64,000 bases of DNA from Octopus vulgaris (GCA_951406725.2 OX597815.1:806001-870000); one strand, 5' to 3'. Positions 33,972-46,945 are shown, counted from the stretch's first letter. Made by a program: numbers and translations. Notes: generated by a model from the letters alone, not told the origin.

Positions 33972-35105
33972 AGTTAAGTTAATTTAATTTTTTGGCTCAA
34001 AAAGCAAAAGCAAGGCCATGTAGGGGAACAGGGAGTTATGTACAGGGAGGGTGTTCAGGCCATTTCTGGTCAAGAGAGACTTTGAACCGAGCGGTCGTCG
34101 ACATCTTCACCATCTCGTCTGGCAGCTTATTCCACGGATCCACAACCCGGACGGAGAAAGCCCCTCTCCTTCGATTGAGATGAAATCGTCGCAGATAGAG
34201 CTTTTCGGAATGACCCCGCAGCCCACGCTCTGGAGCAGGAGTGAAGAACAGCTCTTTCGAGAGGTTACACTTTCCGCTTATGATGTTGTGAGCAAGAATG
34301 AGATCACCACGGCGGCGGCGTTTTTCGAGAGAATAAAGGTCGAGCGTCTTTAGCCTTTCTTCATAAGACAAATTCTTGAGACCAAGAACCATGCAGGTAG
34401 CCAGCTTCTGGACTCTTTTGAGATGCTGTATGTCTTTGAGGAGATAAGGAGAAGAGGCTTGAATCCCGTACTCCAATATGGGTCTCACCAGCGTGACATA
34501 GAGCGGTAATAATATGGCTGCTGTGAGCATTCCGAATGACCATTGAATCAAAAACAGAACTCCGCATGCTTTGTTGGCAGCATGGACGCACTGGGCCGAA
34601 GGCGAAAAGGAAGAATCCACCAAGATACCCAGGTCCTTTACTTGGTCGGTCTTATCCAGCAGCAGACGACCCAGCTCAAAATCAAGTTGAGTTGCAGGAG
34701 AGGAGCCAACAGGCAGATGACAGCACTTTGACACATTCAGATACAGGTCCCATTCGTTTGACCATCTCCAAACTTGGTAGAGGCATCGACGAAGATCATC
34801 TATATCACTGTAAGGAGCAACCAGTTTGACATCGTCGGCAAATAGAAGGGTGTGTTGAGTGAGGTCGTTGGGCAAGTCATTGATGAAGACTAAAAACAAT
34901 AATGGCCCAAGCACTGAACCTTGAGGCACACCGCTGCTCTCACTGGAGACATCGGTCAGCGAACCATTAACTTGGACTTGGAAGGAGCGATCTGAGAGGA
35001 AGGCACAAACCCATCGTACAATATCCGGATGGAAATGATATGCTTGAAGCTTGACAAGTAATAGGCGGTGGTTAACCAAGTCAAAAGCTTTGGCAAAGTC
35101 CAAAG
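33972..35105 (-). mobile_element. CR1-clade LINE, 5'-truncated, young (open 362-aa RT ORF)
   Basis: LDFAKAFDLVNH, SGVPQGSVLGPLLFLVFINDL, LFADD, KDLGI, VRPILEY, RRRRGDLI. Confidence 0.95.
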
Positions 35106-35139
35106 GCATCTGTAATGCCTTCACAGTGTACCCCTCGTC

Positions 35140-36317
35140 TGTCGATTACTCTTACGCTGCTTTCTCCACTCCACATCTCTACCACTTCTAGAATCATCAG
35201 GGTTGTCGTACAGCCCGTGTCCACAAGGGTTCGTGACATCTTCCCCTCTGTCAACTACTGGTAAATGATGATAAACGCGTCTCTATTGATTCGAAGGGAC
35301 AACTACCAGCGCAGTAGTCTCCCTCAGACCGTTTCCCCGCAGACATTCGCTGGCTATATGTCCTGTTTCTCGACACCGGTAGCAAATGACCTCAGGCTTG
35401 GGTGACTTCCAGTCTTGTACCATGTGTGGACCCTGACACCGGAAACACTGTCCTTTGAATGGTCACACACGTTCTTTCTTCGACCCCTCTCCACTGCTCC
35501 TTGCTCAGCCACTTTTCGTTGTTGCAGTCACTGCTACCAGCGTCGTCCTGCAACACGAAACTAGCACGTGAGCCTGAGACACAATGTCTGCCATCGCCAT
35601 CATGTTCGGCAGCTTCTGCAACTTGACCGACATGTGGTCAGGAAAGCCAGTCACAAACGCCAACTTAATCGTTCGGTCCAGCGATTCTCCCTCACATCCC
35701 ACCAGTTTAGCCAATCTCCTGAGTTCATCAACCTGTTCCCCAGTCCATTTTGTTTTCCCCAGGCGAGCGTATGCCTCAAAGATTCTCTCCGCAAGGGCCT
35801 CCATCAAACGGATTTCTATTTTCTCCATGCTAAGTTGGTCCCTCTCTTCCATTTCTAGGTACAGTGCCAACACCGAACCATCCAAGTACAGCGGTATAAA
35901 ACTCGCTAGGTCGCTTATACCGTGGAGTTTCGCCACCAACTTCATCTTCTTCAACCAAGCGACTACATCTGTGTCACCGCAAAATGGTTTGATTATATCG
36001 TTCGAAATATGGACAACACTCATCGTTCGGTGTTTTTTTTGTTTTTTTGTTATGGGCTGAAATATCTTGTAGTGTGATGGAGACAACAGAAAAAGAAATA
36101 CAGAGACCTTACCTGTTGACCTAGGCGGGATGAGCGATGACTGTCAAGAAATAAACCTGTCCTTGCACGCTGCCGTCTCTCCTCGAACTGCCCGTACGTG
36201 CTTCCTGCCCACGCATGCTACATGGCTGTTCTGCCAGCCCCTGCAGTCTTCTTTTCCGTCTCCCTCATCTGCAATCTTCTCCACCAACACCATATAAGCT
36301 CATCACAGCCCATAACA
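35140..36317 (-). mobile_element. Gypsy-like LTR retrotransposon 5' part: LTR (36048-36317), gag with zinc knuckle, protease trace
   Basis: LTR bounded by TGTTATGGGCTG...CAGCCCATAACA; gag IKPFCGDTDVVAWLKKMKLVAKL; CYRCRETGHIASEC at about 35340-35390. Confidence 0.8.
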
Positions 36318-37460
36318 CCACAATACATACATACGTATATATTTGCCACCTCACATAAAAGCATGTTGAAACTTGGTAAGGAAGTTAAGCTTTCTTATCC
36401 TCTGACCTTTTTAGATATATGTCTGATGGTCTGCTTGATACTGTTCTTTGTTTTAGCTGAAATTTGATAGTCTTTTCTCTCTCTCTCTCTCTCTTTTTGT
36501 CTTTTTCCATATCCTAAAATTATAAATCATTGCTCGCAGACTCCTTGCAATTTTGCTGATTTCAGTAAAATCTAAAATCCCAAAATCTCTCTCAGCAAAT
36601 CTTTGCTTCAAATTTTAGAGCAAAAAAGGCATTGGGAGTTCAGTGTGGATTGAACTCAGCTCTGCAAAGTTAACAAAACTCATTAATTAATTATACTGCT
36701 TACAGCAATAAGGTAACGCGACTCATTAATTAATGTAACATTATCATCACTTAGAGAAATATGTTGTTGTTGTTGTTATAGTCCCGGTTTGACAAACTGA
36801 GAGTTAAAAACTTTGATCAATTCAGTTTGGTTCTTGTGCCCTTCATCAGAGAGAAAGAAAGTTATTTCTTTAGTGGTGGCCACCAAACTGATAGCATCAG
36901 CATCATTTAATGTCCATCTTCCATGTTGGCATGGGTGGAACAGTTTGACAGGAGCTGGCAAAGCCGGAGAGCTGCACCAGGCGCCAACTGTCGGTTTGGC
37001 ATGGTTTCTATGGCTGGATGTCCTTCCTAATGCCAACCACTCAACAGAGTGGTACTTTTTACATGGCACCAGCACCAGTACTTTATACAGGACTTACAAA
37101 CTTTTGAATTTTTTTTTTTTTTCACTATTAGCCAACTGGCTTCTGTGCCGGTGGCACGTAAAAGGGTATCATTTGAGCGTGATCGTTACCAGCATCGCCT
37201 TACTGGGCACCTGTGCTGGTGGCATGTGTAAAAAGATTCGAGTGAGGTCACTGCCAGTACCGCCTAACTGGCCCCCTGTCTTTAAAGGGGTTCCCAAGTG
37301 TAACCTGGCAGTACCTACCTCTCTGAAGTGCACCTCCACTGTTCCGAACTTCCTTCCTCTGGTAAAGTATGAAATTCCTTGCCAGATTCGTTTCAAGGCT
37401 TTTTCTACTTGTGTGGTCGACATTATTTCAATTTTCTTTGTTTTTGTGGAGTACGTTCTA

Positions 37461-37845
37461 TCTCTCTCTATATAAACGGCAGTTTGTCTGTGTTTGTTTC
37501 TGTGTGTCTGTTTGCTTGTACCCTCACCCTGACCACGGCTTTCAACCGATTCTGATGAAACTTGACACACACATAGCCCAATGTCATAATTCAAAACTAA
37601 CGCAGCGAAAATTTTGAAAAGTTCCCCCAGTTCTGAAAAAAATCGATAAATTCGACATGGGGTCGAGAATTAGAAACCCAAACCACAGACCGTCTAGGGG
37701 ACGCAACTCTACCTTTTTTAACTCTAAAAAAAAATTTACCATCATTTTTTCCCCATTTTTTTGCTATATTTTGGCTATAACTCTCTAAAAATGCTTTATA
37801 GTTATTTCCCTTACAAACCTGAGCAACGCCGGGCGATACTGCTAG
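37461..37845 (+). mobile_element. Non-autonomous Helitron (mosaic)
   Basis: A|TC...hairpin...CTAG|T; 5' part shared with 39556-39810, 3' part shared with 8400-8459. Confidence 0.85.
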
Positions 37846-39502
37846 TATATTATAGTTTTCTCCTTGGTATCTTTCATAATTTCTTAGGGAGAGAACACTT
37901 TTACTTCGTACCCCTCCCTACAAAGCATCTCCTTATATTTACTCAGTTCTGTTAGTTCGACTTTGTTGCGATGGCTCTTGGCAACAACCGCAAAATTTCT
38001 TTTCTTCAACTGCTTCAACACTTCAATAGTTTCTCCTCAGAAGACGTAAGCTCCGAGGAGGTGAGGTTTTGTATTCCATCATTAATACTTGGAGGCTGTG
38101 ATTGGTTGGGTTGCATGTTGGCATGTGATAGAGTAAGGGACAAATTGCGCCAATACCAACCAATCAGAGTGGTAGACACAACAAGGTCCAAAACAGCGCC
38201 CAAAGGTTAGCTGTTACCTGCTACATTCGTATGTCTGTTTATATAATAGAGAGAGGAAGTTCACTAGAGTTCGCTACAAGCATATGAAAATTTAATCAAT
38301 TTTTTGTTAAAAGGGCAAAGGTTAATGTTTTGAAATCTGATAATTAATTAAGCATATGTCTTGAAATTTCAAATAGCCTTTGGATGGTACCCTGTCTTTT
38401 TTCACAAAATTAAATTTGTGGAAAACAATATCAAATTTTAGTAGATTTTGACAGATTTTAGGGATAAATAACTAAAAACATCAACAAAAATCTTTAACAT
38501 TGTTTCTAAAGTTGCAAAAAAAAAAAATTAACAGAATTTGAATAAAATCCAGACTTTAGCCCCTTTTCTTCCCTTGGGTGACAAAATTTTTTTTTTTTCT
38601 CAAAATTATATTTTTATCATTTTTTGTGATTTTTGATCAGTAAAATTTTGACACTGTTCACGTAGCATTTATTTGCGCATATGTCCTAACTCCAAAATGC
38701 CATAAAATTTCTTAAAACTGAACTTTTGGTCGACTTTGTTTTGTGTGTGTTAGCTCAGACATTTCTTGTTTTCAGAATTTACAACAAAACATTTGGAGAC
38801 CATTGGCTTTTTTTTATTTTTTTTATTGAAATGCCCAGCCCTGAGTCCACTCTTCATCACAAGCTCCCTTGGGTTTTGAAATTTCAACATCAGCCAAAGA
38901 GACTTCATCATTTCAAACACACTCAAGTCATTAACAATCATTGATCTTTTCTTTAGCCATGAGCCGATTGATTTGTATCGTGTGTATCTCTCCTTTGAAA
39001 ATAGGATTTTAGCAGCAAAACATTTATTCCATTTATCAACAACAAAATCACCACCACGACCACCACCATCATCATTTAATGTCTGTTTTCCATACTGGCA
39101 TGGGTTGGATGGATTGGTAAAAGCTGCACCAGGCTCCAATAATCTGCTTTGAAATGGTCTCTACACCTGGATGCCCTTCCCAATGCCAACCACTTTATGG
39201 ATTTGCTGCTTTTCACATGGCACCAGCAGTTTCAAGATTTGTTAAATGGTGTTCCTGTGATAATTATTGGAGGATACTCAGAGCATTTCTGTGTTGATTT
39301 TTTTTTAACAGGAACTTGAAGGAAAGTTTTACCATTTTTAGAAATCAAAACTATGAAGACTAACTATTTGGTAAGTTGCTGAAAGATTGGCAGAGCCATT
39401 AGTGTTAACGTGGCAGCCCAATTATTCCAAGTTCAAATCCTTTCACAGTCAGCCTTGCTTTTCACCCTTCCTGAATCAATAAAGTAGCAGCTTATTCATA
39501 TA

Positions 39503-41782
39503 CAGGGTGTCCACAAAAATACTCTGATTTCACGAGGTTATGATATTTAAACTAATCTCTCTATATATAAATGGCAGTTTGTCTGTCTGTGTGTCTGTCA
39601 GGTTGTACCCTCACCCTGACCACGGCTTTCAACCGATTCTGATGAAACTTGACACACATAGTTCAATGTCATAATTCAAAACTAACGCAGCGAAAATTTT
39701 GAAAAGTTCCCCCAGTTCTGAAAAAAATCGATAAATTCGACATGGGGGTCGAGAATTAGAAACATAAACCACAGACTGTCTAGGGGACGCAACTCGGCCT
39801 TTTTAACTCTCAACTCCATCAATATCCAGCTACTTGAAGCTATTCCTGGTGATGTCCACGTCTACAAATCTGTTGATAGGACAGCAGACCCCGGCGAGCT
39901 TGCCGATTATCCTGTTGAATTCCTGAATTCACTTGAACCGCCAGGCCTGCCGCCACATCCTGAAGTTAAAAGTCGGTGCACCCATTATGCTCATCAGGAA
40001 TTTGGTTCCACCTAAACAGTGCAACGGCACACGTCTGGTTGTGAAACATTTGCCACCATATTTAATAACGGCCACAATACTTACTGGTTGTGGGAAGGGA
40101 GAGGACGTCTTCATTCCACGCGTGCACCTTCAACCGTCGGGCGCTGACCTACCAATCCACTTCAGGCGTTCTCAGTTTCCTGTTAAACTCTGCTTCGCAA
40201 TGTCCATCAATAAATCCCAAGGCCAAATGCTACAAGTCGCTGGGTTACAGTTGGGTGAACAGTGCTTCGCCCACTGTCAACTCTACGTGGGCTGTTCATG
40301 CGTTGGGAGTCGCAATGATGTTTTCATGTTTTCGCCCAAAGGGACAGCTAGGAACATCGTATACACAGAAGTATTCGAGTGAAGAGAAGACATTGCAACC
40401 TACACATGTGCCTTCGTTCCCTAGAGGGAAAGGGCTAGATTGGGATTAGTCGTTGCCTACTAGGGGCTCTTACATACCCGGGCAACGCCGGGCTATGCTG
40501 CTAGTTGAAATATATTGATAAATATGTTGTGAACCGATTCTTTAAAAGCAGTTATTTAATTTTTTTCGGGTGATTTAGACATCTTTAACCAGAAAATCAC
40601 AAGGTTACAAGGAAATCTAAAAATGGCCATCACCCCACAGCAACACAGCTGGTGTGTACTGGAATTCGCAAGATCAGTGTGGTGGCCATGCAATGTGCTT
40701 TCAGACTCAAATATCATACAATTCCACCTACACCCATTCCATTCGGAAATGGTACAAGGATTTTAGTCAGAAAGGGTGTATCTGTGATCAGAGAAAGGGA
40801 CATTCTGGCCGACCATCAATCTCAGAAGACGTTATTGATCAAGTTAGAAGAAAATTTGTGCACAGCCCCAAAAAGTCAAATTGAAAAGCTAGTTGAGAGT
40901 TACACCTCCCCAAGGGCACAGTTTGCAAGATCCCACACAAACACCTACAGTTTCACTCGTACAAGCTGCACTTAGTCCAAAACTCCACTCGAAAGATAAT
41001 GGGATGCAATTTGGATTTTGTGAGAATATCCATCAATTAATGGAAGATATTGATAACCTTCTGTGATGAGGTGTTATTTCACATGACCAGCAAAGTCAAT
41101 AGGCCTAACGTGCGGATATGGAGGGCTTGAATACCCCCATGCTACCCAGGAAATTGAGTGAGACTCACCAAGAGTTAATGTGTTTTGTGCCGTATCAGAG
41201 AGGACAGTGTATGGCCTTCTTCTTTTAATGAGGAACTGTTACTGGTCAAAGTTACCTGGAGATGCTGACCAACTGGATGTTTCCACAATTAAGTGATGGC
41301 TACCATTTCCAGCAAGATGGTGCTCCACCGCATTGGCATCTCATCGTCAGGAGATTTCTCACTGAGCACTTGCCAAACAGACGGATTGGTCATGCTGGAC
41401 AAGATGATCAGGTGTTCTGCAAATGGCCTGCGAGGTCAGCAGGTCTAACTGTTTGTGACTTCTTTCTTTGTGGGTACATGAAGAGCACAGTTTATGTGCC
41501 ACCCCTACCTGCAACCCTGGTGGAGCTGAAAATTTTGATCAGTGAGGCAGTTGGCATTGGTAACTCCAGATATACTGCTGAGTGTCTGGACCAAACTGGA
41601 CTATCACACTGATGCTTTCCGAGCAACCAGACGGGTGCACATTGAGTACCTTTAATGCTACCCTCCACCACACGAAACTGAACGAAATCCTGCATTTGAA
41701 GCTAACAACTGTGAAAGATTATTACAATAGATTTACATGTTATATCTGTTTAAAATCAGGGAGTGTTTTTCTGGACCCTCTG
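39503..41782 (+). mobile_element. Tc1/mariner (rosa/DD41D-like) transposon, decayed transposase about 40623-41660, interrupted by a Helitron
   Basis: TA|CAGGGTGTCC left TIR, GGACCCTCTG right TIR; SGRPS, FQQDGAPPH, WPARS...CDFFLCG. Confidence 0.88.
39556..40504 (+). mobile_element. Internally deleted Helitron retaining Pif1-like helicase C-terminus
   Basis: LKVGAPIMLIRNL...CNGTRL, RRSQFPVKLCFAMSINKSQGQ, NIVYTEVF; A|TC, CCCGGGCAACGCCGGG hairpin, CTAG|T. Confidence 0.93.
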
Positions 41783-43150
41783 TGTATTGGTGTCTCTTGA
41801 ACTTGGAGAATAACCAAGAAGCCTGATGGAATCTTCTTTGTGTTGGTTGTGCTTTAAGGACAGATGAGGGTGTAAACTCCCAAAACCACGGTATTTTTTC
41901 CTGGAGCAGGGAAACCCAGCTCACTCCTCCGCCCCGTTTTATTAGATTAATGAAACATAAAAATAGAACCATGTCACACCAATCCTATGATTGTCAAGAT
42001 GTGTCCCTGTTCCTCATTGAGGTCTTCTACAAGAAGTTCGTAGAAGACCTGAATATCAACAAAAACTGAAAGTGTTGGCAAAGTGCTAGAGATGCGTGTC
42101 TTTCGAAGGCCAACCTCCTAACAACTTGGTGATATCAGATTGTCTTTGGTAATTACCAAAGACGTATTTTATGTTCATAGATGCCGAGGAAATTAGATTT
42201 CACTAAAAAGCATTGTTAAATAATTGTCATTTTTATTTCTTGTTTAACATTTTTACAGATATTGTATGTTAATATAGTGTACAGCTATTTACAAATATAA
42301 TCCAGTGGTGATGGACAGAAATGGACGGGGAACTCTGAAGGACAACGAAAGGAAGAGATTGAAACATTTCAAAGATTGTTCTAACTCATTAAGAATAATA
42401 ATAATAATAATAATCCTTTCTGTTATAGGCACAAGGCCTGAAATTTTGGGGGAGGGGGCCAGTTGATTACATTGAGCCCAGTGTTTCACTGGTACTTAAT
42501 TTATCAACCACGAAAGGATGAAAGGCAAAGTCAACCTCAGTGGAATTTGAACTCAGAATGTGCATATAGATGAAATGCTGCTAAGCATTTTGCTCAGTGG
42601 TAACAATTCTGATAACTCAGTATTAATAATGGTTTCAAATTTTGGCAGAAGGGCAGCTATTTTGGGGGAGGGGATGTATCGATTACATTGACCCCCAATG
42701 GTCAGCTGGTACTTAATTGATCGACCCTGAAAGGGTGAAAGGCAAAGTCAGCCTTGGCAGATTTTGAACTCAGAACATAGCAGCAGACGAAATACCGCTA
42801 AGCATTTCGTGCAGCCTGCTAACGATTCTGCCAGTTCACAGCCTGAATAATAACAACAGGTGGTGAATTGTCAGAGATGTTAGAGTGTTGGACAAAATGC
42901 GTTGCAGTGTCTGTTCTTGTGCTTTAAAGTACACAGCCAAGGGTTGTAAATTTGTCTGAGGTTGAGGATCTGTAAAAAAATATAAGAATTCCATTGTTAT
43001 GGGAGGAAGTCAGCAGAGGCCAGCATTCGTTGACCTGATGCCAAAAGGACAGAACACAGACAAAACAGCACGTGTTTAGCAGAGAAATAAAATCAGCCTC
43101 AGTGGAATTTGAACTCAGAACATTGTTAGCAACAGAAACTGTATTAATTC

Positions 43151-43590
43151 CAAAGGGCAATCTTTATATCCAACTTAATGTGGATGTTGTGTTAGAACAT
43201 GTAATACTGTGTTATTTTGCCTTGAGAGAATCTCTCCTTTGGACAGATACTGCACAAAAGCACATTGTGATCAATTATTTTTTAATAAACCCTCAGGCTA
43301 TTTTCCACATCAAAGCCTGAAAAGACATGAAAATTCTGCATATCATTGGTGGTGTGATTTGGCTGATATACAGCTATTAGATATCTGCCACTGATGAGAC
43401 CAGGTAGGTTGAAATCACATGATCTGGCAGTTCTGTCACCCGTAGCAGATGATTCTCATCTGCCAATGAGATGAATATAAGTGTTTTTAGGCACCATGAG
43501 TCCCTGTGAGATCCTCTCAAGTTAAATAAAATCAGTATTCAGCATTCTAACAAAGCATCCACATTAAGTTGGATATAAAGATTGCCTTTG
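43151..43590 (+). mobile_element. Inverted-repeat-bounded element containing a hammerhead ribozyme
   Basis: About 58-bp imperfect inverted repeats 43151-43209 / 43533-43590 with a long perfect core. Confidence 0.65.
43385..43430 (+). ncRNA. Type I hammerhead ribozyme (Penelope-like minimal type)
   Basis: Stem I CTGCCA/TGGCAG; CTGATGA; stem II GACC/GGTT; GAAA; stem III ATCA-CA-TGAT; AUC cleavage triplet ending 43424. Confidence 0.8.
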
Positions 43591-44271
43591 TTGGATGCTT
43601 TTCTGATCTGGCTGATCCCTGCAATGGTTGTTTAAAGTTTTTGATACAAGGCCAACAATTTTAGGAGGACCGACTATTTGACCTGATACTTTATTTTATT
43701 GACCCCCACCAAAACAATAAAAGGGAAAGTTGACCTTGATGGAATTTAAGCTCCAAACATTAAGAACTGGAAGAAATACTGTTTGCAGCATTTTGCCAGA
43801 CGTGTCAGACAATTCTTGCAGCATTTTGCCAGATGTATCAGACAATTCTTGCAGCTTATCACCTTACAATAATAATAATAGTCGTTTATGATTGTTAATT
43901 AACACTATTCTGTGATAGAAGGTAGGTTCCCCCCCCCCACTTCATGCTGATATTCCACTATTTCCTTTCAAACTTTCTGTAATTGCTGTTGGATCTTTTT
44001 GTTGCTTCCAGTTCTTCAATTGTCATCATCATCATTTAATGTCCCTTTTTCCATGCTGGCATGGGTTGGACAGTTTGACCAGAGCTGGTATGGTCAGCAG
44101 CCACACCAGGTCCCATTGTCTGTTTTGTCGTGGTTTCTACAGCCAGATGTCCTTCCTAATGCCAACCACTTTACAGAATGGGCTGAATGTTTTCTACGTG
44201 GCACCAGCACCATGGCCGTTCCAATTGGTTATATCAACTCCACTGTTTGTCTGGTGTCTATTTTAGCAATG

Positions 44272-44991
44272 TTGGAATAAGGAAGGTCTAAAGTTAACTT
44301 GCACACAATTTGAACCTATCACCTGAAGGTTTATAGCCAAATCCCATCCAGTATTTTATCTGGCACTCTACTAATTTTGCCAATACATCTGAGAAGTCTT
44401 TGGGGGCCAGAATCTCTTGAAGACTTTGTAAAAGATGTCAATCTCTACAACAGGGAGACAAAATGTTACAAGGCAATAATTTAGAATTAGAAAAAAGTTA
44501 TGTACACAACTAAAAGTAGTCCTTTAAAATATTTTACAATTTGCATGTTTGTTGTTGCTGTTGTTGTTGGTGGTGGTGCTGTTCCCTGGAACCTTCTTTT
44601 CACAGGATCAAACACGTCCGGGACTGGTGAAAAATAAAGAGACAGATACAATTATGGTCAGGTTTTGAATAAATTCAAAATGATTTAACGACAGAAACTG
44701 GACACAGGAAAAAAACAAAAATGAATTAATTTTTAAACTGGAAATATTATTTATTCATATAATCCTGTAAACAAAGTCAACCTTAGCAGAATTTGAACTC
44801 CAAATGTAAAGACAGACGAAATGCTGCTAACAATTCTGCCAGCTCACTGCCTTATATAAGAAGAATAATATTGGAATAAGGAAGGTCTAAAGTTAACTTG
44901 CACACAATTTGAACCTACTACCTGAAGGTTTATAGCTAAATCCCATCCAGTATTTTGTCTGGCACTCTACTAATTCTGCCAATATATCTGA
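44272..44991. repeat. Direct repeat pair of about 121 bp (44272-44392 and 44871-44991)
   Basis: TTGGAATAAGGAAGGTCTAAAG...ATCTGA twice with a few substitutions. Confidence 0.9.
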
Positions 44992-45113
44992 AAATTTTCA
45001 CCAACAATTTTTCGAAAATTTCACCCAAAAATTTTTTGAAAATTTCCCCCAAAAATTTTTCGAAAATATTACCCAAAAATTTTCACCAACAATTTTTCGA
45101 AAATTTTACCCAA
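44991..45113. repeat. AT-rich tandem repeat, about 24-bp unit
   Basis: AAAATTTCACCCAAAAATTTTTCG-like units. Confidence 0.85.
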
Positions 45114-45876
45114 AGAAGGACCCAAAGAGGACTGAAGTAGCAATTCACAGGTCACGAGTTCAAATCTTGTGCAAGTGTTTCTTTTATGGAACTGTCAGAA
45201 GTAGATACCAGCTCATTGCGGACTGGAACCTGACGCTGGCTTCTTGGATACTTGCATCTTCCCATTAGAGACACTCACACTAGAGATGATCAGAGAAGCA
45301 ACTGCCTCATGTCCAACTAATGAGCTAAACTGAAAGTGGTGACGTAACTGCTTAATTAAAGCTGCAATAATGAGTCAAGGAAACAGAAATACTTTTTGGA
45401 GCAGTTTCTACAAGACAGGGGAGGTAACTCCAAATATTTACAAAAAACATTAAACACCAGGTTTAATTAAAATTAAAAAATTAATGGGATGAGGGAAATA
45501 CTAATAGGGATATCGATATTAACAGATGCAGTAAATAATGATGAATGAGGCTGCTCTCAGTAATTAGTGAAGTTTGCTGGATGATTCCTGGAGTCAATAA
45601 GTCCTGTAGTTTTTAAAACTGTGTTAGACCATTATAAAATGGACAGACATTGCATTCAGACGTTTGTAATATACGAAATGAAGAGAATATAATGTGTGTG
45701 TGGGGGGGCAAATAGTCGAGTGTTTTACATTAGCAAAAAGTTTTCAATGTTGTCGATAAAGTTTCTCTCTTTCAATGTCAAACGTCAGAAACATTAGGTT
45801 CTTTAACACTTTTTACTGTAAGTCAACAGACTTGAGTCTCTTTCTTAATAAAATCGCTTCCTCTAAAGTTTATATG

Positions 45877-45878
<2 letters not shown>

Positions 45879-45935
<57 letters not shown>
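45879..45935. repeat. (CA)n microsatellite
   Basis: Direct reading. Confidence 0.97.
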
Positions 45936-45943
<8 letters not shown>

Positions 45944-46107
45944 ACAGCATCAGAATTGACAGCAGTAGTGTAAGGCTCAGGTGAGATATTACAGGCAAAT
46001 TACCAATTCTTATGAGATGAAATGGTAGCATTTCAATCAAGGAGAGAGATTCATCACAAAACAAATAAAAGAAGAATTTTCATTAACCAAAAAAAAAAAA
46101 ATGCCAT

Positions 46108-46945
46108 GCAGAGAGGAGTTTGAACATTTGTCTTAAATGCAGAGAGGAGTTTGGACATTTGTCTTAAATGCAGAGAGGAGTTTGGACATTTGTCTTAAAT
46201 GCAGAGAGGAGTTTGGACATTTGTCTTAAATGCAGAGAGGAGTTTGGACATTTGTCTTAAATGCAGAGAGGAGTTTGGACATTTGTCTTAAATGCAGAGA
46301 GGAGTTTGGACATTTGTCTTAAATGCAGAGAGGAGTTTGGACATTTGTCTTAAATGCAGAGAGGAGTTTGGACATTTGTCTTAAATGCAGGGAGGAGTTT
46401 GGACATTTGTCTTAAATGCAGAGAGGAGTTTGGACATTTGTCTTAAATGCAGAGAGGAGTTTGGACATTTGTCTTAAATGCAGAGAGGAGTTTGGACATT
46501 TGTCTTAAATGCAGAGAGGAGTTTGGACATTTGTCTTAAATGCAGGGAGGAGTTTGGACATTTGTCTTAAATGCAGAGAGGAGTTTGGACATTTGTCTTA
46601 AATGCAGGGAGGAGTTTGGACATTTGTCTTAAATGCAGAGAGGTGTTTGGACATTTGTCTTAAATGCAGAGAGGTGTTTGGACATTTGTCTTAAATGCAG
46701 AGAGGTGTTTGGACATTTGTCTTAAATGCAGAGAGGAGTTTGGACATTTGTCTTAAATGCAGGGAGGAGTTTGGACATTTGTCTTAAATGCAGGGAGGAG
46801 TTTGGACATTTGTCTTAAATGCAGAGAGGAGTTTGGACATTTGTCTTAAATGCAGAGAGGAGTTTGGACATTTGTCTTAAATGCAGAGAGGTGTTTGGAC
46901 ATTTGTCTTAAATGCAGAGAGGTGTTTGGACATTTGTCTTAAATG
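46108..46945. repeat. 31-bp minisatellite GCAGAGAGGAGTTTGGACATTTGTCTTAAAT, about 27 copies
   Basis: Head-to-tail near-identical units, no spacers. Confidence 0.97.

Noticed and set aside
39933-40382. Host Pif1 helicase gene
   Set aside because: Intronless fragment bounded by Helitron TC/CTAG termini and hairpin.
46108-46945. CRISPR-like array
   Set aside because: Units are contiguous with no unique spacers, no cas genes, eukaryotic context; it is a minisatellite.
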